This document shows positions 36,138 through 41,629 of a stretch of DNA of 41,629 bases, one piece after another. The stretch is from NCBI GenBank assembly GCA_050008835.1, contig JBEKLV010000002.1:1-41629 (forward strand). The letters run 5' to 3'. The position numbers and the translations under genes are program-made. The DNA comes from Bacteroidota bacterium. GTDB taxonomy: Bacteria > Bacteroidota > Ignavibacteria > UBA10030. The stretch's first letter is position 1, and every line of letters begins with the position of its first letter. The notes beneath the pieces are model-generated. The model saw only the letters and a program-made list of their open reading frames with translations, did no database searches and was not told the DNA's origin.

Positions 36138-37379
36138 ATGTCTGAAACCATCTTAACTCATGCACACAATGTCTACGAACAGCAGGCGCACAACCGACGA
36201 ATGACATGGCTGCTCATCGTGGCATTCGTTCTTCTTATTGCGGTTATCGGTGCGGGGTTTGATGTTTTCTTAGACGTCAGCCCTGTAGCGCGAGTTATTA
36301 TTCTTCCATTTATGATTCTAATGGTTGGCTCAGGTATTTGGAATTTCAGGCAGCGGGCGGCAGAGGGATTGTGGGAAAAACCTCAAGCTTTTGCTGATGA
36401 TGATAATGATGACGATACTGTATTAAATAAATGGTTGTTAGAAATAACTTTGATAACATTCCTTTTACTTTTTTTTCTTTTAGCGTTCTTTTTTAATCCT
36501 CGTCCCTTTATAAAATTCTTTTCTCAAGATATCAATATTCCTCTCTTGCGCTTTCTTCCCGTTGGAACGACTTTAGCAGTCATTATCGGTGTTGTTTCTA
36601 TATTAACAAGTCTTCACTGGGGAAGAAACTCTATTCTCTGGTCTGTGCATGCCGAGCAACCGGATAATGAAACTGTTGCTGACCTGCCCGAATTACTTGA
36701 TGTAGTAAAAGAAATGAGTCTTGCGGCAGGAATTCCAACTCCAAAAGCATATGTGGTGAAAGACTCTGATCCAAATGCCTTTACTGTCGGCACTGATGCA
36801 CAGCAAAGTTCCATTGTTGTTACAACGGGATTGCTTGCAATGCTCGACCGCGAAGAATTGCAAGGTGTCATCGCACACGAAATGAGCCACATCCGAAATT
36901 CTGATACTCAATTGATGACAATTATCACGGTTCTGTTTGGTGCCGTACTTTTACTTTCTGAGTGGATGAAGAAAAGTGCTTTTATCGGCGGATTCGCTGG
37001 AAGCCGTGCGCCAGGTGCCGGATGGATGTTCCGCGGTGTCTTGTTCATCGGCTGGCTTCTTACATTACTTTTGGCTCCATTGATTGCCCGCATCGTAGCA
37101 ATGGCCGTTTCACGCCAGCGGGAATATCTTGCCGATGCAGGAGCAGCAGAACTTACGCGCAATCCCAAAGCACTTGCTCATGCTTTAATGAAAATCGAAA
37201 ATGCAGCCGAACCCACAACTTCTTTTCAAAAAGGTATTGCTCATTTATGCATCGTTGATCCTTTAGGAAAAGAAATCAATTCGAAAGAAGGTTGGTGGGC
37301 TGATTTATTCGCTACGCACCCACCAATGAAGAATCGCATTATGCTTTTGAATGCGATGGCATACGAGACAATTAAATAA
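36138..37379 (+). CDS. M48 family (HtpX-like) zinc metallopeptidase, membrane-bound
   Basis: HEMSHI zinc motif at about nt 36875-36892, downstream REYLADAGAAELT, several TM helices, and an acidic DDDNDDD loop. Confidence 0.8.
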   Translation: MSETILTHAHNVYEQQAHNRRMTWLLIVAFVLLIAVIGAGFDVFLDVSPVARVIILPFMILMVGSGIWNFRQRAAEGLWEKPQAFADDDNDDDTVLNKWLLEITLITFLLLFFLLAFFFNPRPFIKFFSQDINIPLLRFLPVGTTLAVIIGVVSILTSLHWGRNSILWSVHAEQPDNETVADLPELLDVVKEMSLAAGIPTPKAYVVKDSDPNAFTVGTDAQQSSIVVTTGLLAMLDREELQGVIAHEMSHIRNSDTQLMTIITVLFGAVLLLSEWMKKSAFIGGFAGSRAPGAGWMFRGVLFIGWLLTLLLAPLIARIVAMAVSRQREYLADAGAAELTRNPKALAHALMKIENAAEPTTSFQKGIAHLCIVDPLGKEINSKEGWWADLFATHPPMKNRIMLLNAMAYETIK

Positions 37380-37509
37380 TAGTAAAACTTATCTTCAAGA
37401 AAACTGAGTACCTACCCTATTTATTAACAGTGATTCGGCATTAATTGATTATATTTCGTTAGCCATAGCGAAAGGAACTTCTCTCACGTTTACGAAGTCG
37501 AAAGATAAT

Positions 37510-38841
37510 ATGATAAGAAGAACCACTCAAATGAAATTATACTCATTAAGACTACTGTTCTATCGGAATATCCTTATTGGACTTAGTTGCATTTTGGCTT
37601 TGTTTCTTTTTTCATCTTCAAGTTATTCCCAATCCAAGCTTCTTATCCCGATGGACTTGAAACAAACCGATCATTTGAAATCCTACGGCGTTGCATTTTG
37701 GTTGTTAGAAAAAAATGGCGCGGTCGATTGGCTTCTCAACTACCGGGGGGGATCATTCCTATGCGACTACAGCGATGTATTAGCAAATGAGTGTCGTATC
37801 CGCGGTGTTTTTTTTGAACCGCTTGCCACAAGCGAGGCAGCTTCTCTTTATGCTGAAGTTCAACGGGAGGACAACAACGAAGATGTAGTGCGATTGGAGA
37901 AAGCGCCAAAGATTGCCGTTTATGTACCACCGGGCTTCAAACCATGGGATGATGCCGTAACGTTGGCGCTCGAGTACGCAGAAATCCATTATACAAAAGT
38001 GTGGGATGAAGAAGTTCTTTCCGGTAAACTTGCAGAGTACGACTGGCTTCACCTGCATCATGAAGATTTTACCGGACAGTATGGAAAGTTCTATGCAAAC
38101 TTCCGAAATGCGTCGTGGTATATTGAACAGCAAATGTTGTACGAGCGTGAAGCCAAGCGGCTGGGTTATAAAAAGGTTTCTGAAGAGAAGAAAGATGTTG
38201 CGCGTTCTATTAAGGAATTTATCGGTAACGGCGGATTTATGTTTGCTATGTGTTCGGCAACAGACAGTTACGATATTGCCTTGGCAGCAGAAAACGTTGA
38301 TATCTGTGATGTAATGTTCGATGGCGATCCAGCCGATCGCAATGCTCAAGCAAAACTCGACTTTAGCAAGACACTGGCTTTCGAGAATTTTAAACTTGAT
38401 ATGAATCCACTGCGCTACGAATATTCAGATATTGACATTCCGCCAAGTGATCCACCTCCGATTCGCGATCCGAATACGGACTATTTTACGCTTTTTGAAT
38501 TCTCAGCGAAGTACGATCCTGTACCGACAATGCTGACACAAGACCATGTCAACATCATTAAAGGTTTTATGGGACAAACAACCGCATTCAAGAAAAGCTT
38601 AATTAAGAAGACAATAACAATTCTTGCAGAGCGCGAGGGAACGGAAGAAGTGAAATATATCCATGGCAACTTCGGACGCGGCACATTCACTTGGTACGGC
38701 GGACACGATCCAGAAGACTACCAGCACGCCGTTGGCGATCCACCTACTGATTTGAGTCTGCACAAAAACTCACCTGGCTATAGGCTGATATTAAATAACG
38801 TCCTGTTTCCTGCGGCGAAGAAAAAACAGCAGAAAACGTAA
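37510..38841 (+). CDS. Hypothetical secreted protein, possibly class I glutamine amidotransferase-like fold
   Basis: Signal-like LIGLSCILALFLFSSSSYSQ. The segment GNGGFMFAMCSATDS resembles a nucleophile elbow. An alternative start exists at 37531. The family assignment is weak. Confidence 0.35.
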   Translation: MIRRTTQMKLYSLRLLFYRNILIGLSCILALFLFSSSSYSQSKLLIPMDLKQTDHLKSYGVAFWLLEKNGAVDWLLNYRGGSFLCDYSDVLANECRIRGVFFEPLATSEAASLYAEVQREDNNEDVVRLEKAPKIAVYVPPGFKPWDDAVTLALEYAEIHYTKVWDEEVLSGKLAEYDWLHLHHEDFTGQYGKFYANFRNASWYIEQQMLYEREAKRLGYKKVSEEKKDVARSIKEFIGNGGFMFAMCSATDSYDIALAAENVDICDVMFDGDPADRNAQAKLDFSKTLAFENFKLDMNPLRYEYSDIDIPPSDPPPIRDPNTDYFTLFEFSAKYDPVPTMLTQDHVNIIKGFMGQTTAFKKSLIKKTITILAEREGTEEVKYIHGNFGRGTFTWYGGHDPEDYQHAVGDPPTDLSLHKNSPGYRLILNNVLFPAAKKKQQKT

Positions 38842-38877
38842 ATAGAACGGCCGAGATAAACAGCTCTATCGAAATAT

Positions 38878-39954
38878 ATGAACAGCAAGGAATCTCTTGA
38901 AGAACGTATTAAGCGAGTTGTGCAAGAAGAAATAGTTATCGTTCCGTATAATCCAGACTGGCTGAGGATGTTTGAAGAGGAGAAGAGGCATCTTTTTACT
39001 TGTCTGCCGCATAAAATTATTAAAAGAATCGAGCATTTCGGAAGCACGGCAATTCCCCATCTATCGGCGAAGCCAATTATTGATATCTTGGTGGAAGTGA
39101 CCTCTCTTGAAGAAACCAAAAAGGTTATTGTCCCGATTTTAACTGAGCAAGGATATGATTTTTTTTGGCGACCAACGCATAGCGACGACGGCCCACCATT
39201 TTATGCTTGGTTCATCAAACGTGATGCAATCGGAGGCCGCACGCATCACATTCATATGGTAGAGGATGACTTTGAACACTGGGACAGATTATTTTTTCGA
39301 GATTTTTTAACTGAGTACCCACATCTTACAAAAGAATACCAACAACTGAAATTACATTTAGTAGAAAAATATCCAAACGACAGAATTGCTTATACTAATG
39401 CAAAAACAAAATTCATTGTAGAGATTACTTTGTCGGCAAAGGAATATTATAAAATGAAAAATTCACTCGTGACGCGGAAAGCAGAGTTGTCGGATATAAA
39501 CGCTATCACTGAAATATATAATGAGGCAATTCTTACTACAACGGCAACTTTCGACACTGAACCGAAGAGTGTAAGCGAGCGGGTACAATGGTTTCAATCG
39601 CATGACAATAGGCATCCAATTTGGGTTGCAGTGCTCGATGAAAAAGTTGTTGGGTGGATATCGCTGAGCAAATGGTTTGATCGCTCCGCATATAATGACA
39701 CAGGTGAAACGTCGTTCTACATCAAATCCGAATACCGCGGTCAGAGAATAGGCACAACGCTCTTGCAATTGATGATCAAAGAAGCTCAACAATTAAAATA
39801 CCATACAATCATAGCACGTATAGCCGGTGAAAGCGATGTTAGTTTACATGTACATACTAATTTTGGTTTCGTTCAAGTTGGAATATTGAAAGAAGTTGGG
39901 TGGAAATTTGGAAAACTTTTAGATGTACATATCTTGCAAAAAATGTTGGATTGA
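38878..39954 (+). CDS. GrpB-domain / GNAT (phosphinothricin-acetyltransferase-like) fusion protein
   Basis: The N-terminal half has the GrpB motif IEHFGSTAIPHLSAKPIIDIL. The C-terminal half, from MKNSLVTRKAELSDINAITEIYNEAILTTTATFDTEP, is a PAT-like GNAT (YRGQRIGTTLL). It is one uninterrupted ORF. Confidence 0.65.
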   Translation: MNSKESLEERIKRVVQEEIVIVPYNPDWLRMFEEEKRHLFTCLPHKIIKRIEHFGSTAIPHLSAKPIIDILVEVTSLEETKKVIVPILTEQGYDFFWRPTHSDDGPPFYAWFIKRDAIGGRTHHIHMVEDDFEHWDRLFFRDFLTEYPHLTKEYQQLKLHLVEKYPNDRIAYTNAKTKFIVEITLSAKEYYKMKNSLVTRKAELSDINAITEIYNEAILTTTATFDTEPKSVSERVQWFQSHDNRHPIWVAVLDEKVVGWISLSKWFDRSAYNDTGETSFYIKSEYRGQRIGTTLLQLMIKEAQQLKYHTIIARIAGESDVSLHVHTNFGFVQVGILKEVGWKFGKLLDVHILQKMLD

Positions 39955-40125
39955 CCGGAAGAATTCTTCAATAAAATTCTTTATACAAATTGATTTTGCT
40001 TATATTATCGAGTAAATTTTCAAAGAGCATCCGCTCAGGCACACCGCTATATTAAGTGTGAAATGATAACTCAATCTACTGGCACCGGCCATTAAAGAAA
40101 ACGACTTTAGAAAGAAATCTTTATT

Positions 40126-40680
40126 ATGAAAGAAAAAATACAATTCGTCGCTGAGCGGATAAAGGAACTGAGGGAAATTTCCGGACTTTCCGCGAATTCG
40201 TTGGCGCAAGAACTTGGAATTCCATTAGATTTAATCATTCAATACGAGAGCGGGGCGGTTGATATTCCTGTTGGATTCCTTTACAAGGTTGCGCATAAAT
40301 TCGGCATCGAACTTACAGCAATCCTTACTGGAGAGAATCCCAGGCTTCATGTCTATTGTGTCGTCCGCAAAGACAAGGGATTGAGTGTGGAAAGAAGAAA
40401 ACAATATAAGTACGAAAGTCTCGCGGCTAATTTTATCAATAAAAAGGCAGAACCGTTCATTGTGAAAATAGAACCGGAAACAAAATCTACTTCTATGGAG
40501 TTTAATTCACATCCAGGGCAGGAATTCAATTACATCCTCGAGGGCACAATGAAGATCATCATTGATACCCATGAGATTATTCTGAATGCGGGCGATTCCA
40601 TCTATTTTGATTCAGTTTATAAGCATGCACTAAAAGCGATGAATCAAACGTCAGTCAAAATGCTTGCGGTCATTTTATAA
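40126..40680 (+). CDS. XRE-family HTH transcriptional regulator with a C-terminal cupin domain
   Basis: HTH segment IKELREISGLSANSLAQELGIPLDLIIQYESG. Cupin segment HPGQEFNYILEGTMKIII...AGDSIYFDS..KH. Confidence 0.8.
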   Translation: MKEKIQFVAERIKELREISGLSANSLAQELGIPLDLIIQYESGAVDIPVGFLYKVAHKFGIELTAILTGENPRLHVYCVVRKDKGLSVERRKQYKYESLAANFINKKAEPFIVKIEPETKSTSMEFNSHPGQEFNYILEGTMKIIIDTHEIILNAGDSIYFDSVYKHALKAMNQTSVKMLAVIL

Positions 40681-40703
40681 ACATTAGAGTAAAGAGAATT
40701 ATA

Positions 40704-41629
40704 ATGCTTGATAAATATCTTTCACAAACAGACTTCAATTCATATCAAGAATTCATCGACAAATTTGAGATTCGAATACCAGGGCATTTCAACTTTGCAT
40801 TCGACGTGGTCGATGAAATAGCCCTTAAAACTCCCGATAAGATTGCGATGGTATGGTGTGATGACAAAGGAGGAGAAGCAACCTTTACGTTCGGACAAAT
40901 GAAACGCTTCAGTGACAAAGCGGCAAATTTCTTTCAATCTATAGGCATCTGCAAAGGTGATCCTGTGATGCTTATCTTGAAACGTCGTTATGAATATTGG
41001 TTTTGCACGCTTGCATTAAATAAAATCGGAGCGATCACCATTCCTGCAACCCATCTCCTAAGAACAAAAGATATTATATATAGAAATAATGCCGCAGATA
41101 TAAAAATGATTGTGAGTGTATCAGAGCCAGATGTTATTCAGCATGTGGAAGAATCAATTGTGAAATCGCCAACCTTAAAGCATAAAGCGTTGATCGGTGC
41201 ATCGCGCGAAGGATGGCTGAACTTAACTGAAGAAATGGAAAAAAGCCCGGAGGTATTCGATCGAAAATCACTTGGAGAAAACACTACAATAGACGATATA
41301 ATGCTTCTCTATTTTACATCCGGCACAACTGGAATGCCCAAGATGGTAAACCATAACTTTGCGTATCCCCTTGGACATATTCCTACGGCAAAATATTGGC
41401 AAAATGTGCAAGACAATGGTCTTCACTTTACAGTTGCTGATACCGGATGGGCAAAATCAGCTTGGGGAAAAATATACGGTCAGTGGTTGTCGGGATGCGC
41501 TGTGATGACATATGACTACGACAAATTCGTTCCGAAACATATGATGAAAGTTATTGAGAAGTACCGCGTAACCTCGTTTTGTGCACCGCCGACTATTTAC
41601 AGGTTTTTAATAAAAGAGGATTTGACGCA
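40704..41629 (+). CDS. AMP-forming acyl-CoA synthetase (medium-chain/acetyl-CoA synthetase-like), 3' truncated by the window end
   Basis: This ORF is not in the supplied track because it has no stop codon. I translated it by hand from the ATG at 40704 and it stays open to the window end. It contains the AMP-binding motif LLYFTSGTTGMPKMV and DTGWAKSAWG. Confidence 0.85.
   Translation, partial: MLDKYLSQTDFNSYQEFIDKFEIRIPGHFNFAFDVVDEIALKTPDKIAMVWCDDKGGEATFTFGQMKRFSDKAANFFQSIGICKGDPVMLILKRRYEYWFCTLALNKIGAITIPATHLLRTKDIIYRNNAADIKMIVSVSEPDVIQHVEESIVKSPTLKHKALIGASREGWLNLTEEMEKSPEVFDRKSLGENTTIDDIMLLYFTSGTTGMPKMVNHNFAYPLGHIPTAKYWQNVQDNGLHFTVADTGWAKSAWGKIYGQWLSGCAVMTYDYDKFVPKHMMKVIEKYRVTSFCAPPTIYRFLIKEDLT

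Noticed and set aside
37780-38349. 189-aa minus-strand ORF
   Set aside because: It is embedded antisense in the longer 443-aa plus-strand ORF, which has a signal peptide. It has no motifs and no RBS.
38878-39954. Treating GrpB and GNAT as two separate genes
   Set aside because: There is no stop codon between the domains in the given sequence, so I report one ORF and flag the alternative as a finding.
39958-39969. Palindrome gaagaattcttc after the GrpB-GNAT gene
   Set aside because: A 12-bp AT-rich palindrome can form only a 4-bp stem and has no T tract. It is likely a chance occurrence in AT-rich DNA.
40000-40209. 69-aa minus-strand ORF
   Set aside because: It spans the intergenic region and overlaps the start of the XRE-cupin gene in antisense. 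It has no motifs and an implausible composition.
1-41629. Scan for CRISPR arrays, tRNA or rRNA genes, transposases, integrases and long nucleotide-level repeats
   Set aside because: I saw no regularly spaced direct repeats, no tRNA-like T-arm or acceptor signatures in the intergenic gaps, and no ORF with DDE, tyrosine or serine recombinase motifs. An eye scan cannot exclude short or degenerate elements.

Overview
This is a chromosomal window from a moderately AT-rich bacterium. No homology search was possible, so all calls rest on motifs read from the supplied translations and hairpins or repeats read from the nucleotides. The gene content (FeFe-hydrogenase, ferredoxin-linked 2-oxoacid oxidoreductase, many multiheme cytochromes, outer-membrane barrels ending in Phe) suggests an anaerobic or facultative FCB-group organism such as Ignavibacteria; that lineage call is inference only.

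Layout, left to right:
(1) 1-5.2 kb, housekeeping: the 3' end of an [FeFe]-hydrogenase gene, a TPR protein, dxr and rseP.
(2) 5.3-13.2 kb: a same-strand cluster of a secreted protein, a FecR-domain protein with three tandem repeats of about 105 aa, a large outer-membrane beta-barrel carrying a fourth copy of that repeat, and a CHASE2 class III adenylate cyclase. I read this as a candidate undescribed trans-envelope signalling module.
(3) 13.4-21.2 kb, ferredoxin-linked carbon metabolism: malic enzyme, korDABC-like 2-oxoacid:ferredoxin oxidoreductase, a small coupled ORF, alanine dehydrogenase and a CoA-transferase.
(4) 21.4-31.0 kb, the most striking block: an inner-membrane NapC/NirT-like heptaheme protein, a periplasmic tetraheme c554-like protein, a beta-barrel porin, a 14-heme cytochrome, two lipoprotein cytochromes that each carry a CX4CH motif, and an adjacent CcmF-type heme lyase. 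This looks like a complete porin-cytochrome extracellular electron transfer conduit.
(5) 31-41.6 kb, accessory genes: a radical SAM enzyme, a His-rich metal transporter, a frameshifted DNA methyltransferase, a LemA/M48 pair, a GrpB-GNAT fusion, an XRE-cupin regulator and a 3'-truncated acyl-CoA synthetase.

I recognised no rRNA, tRNA, CRISPR array or transposase.
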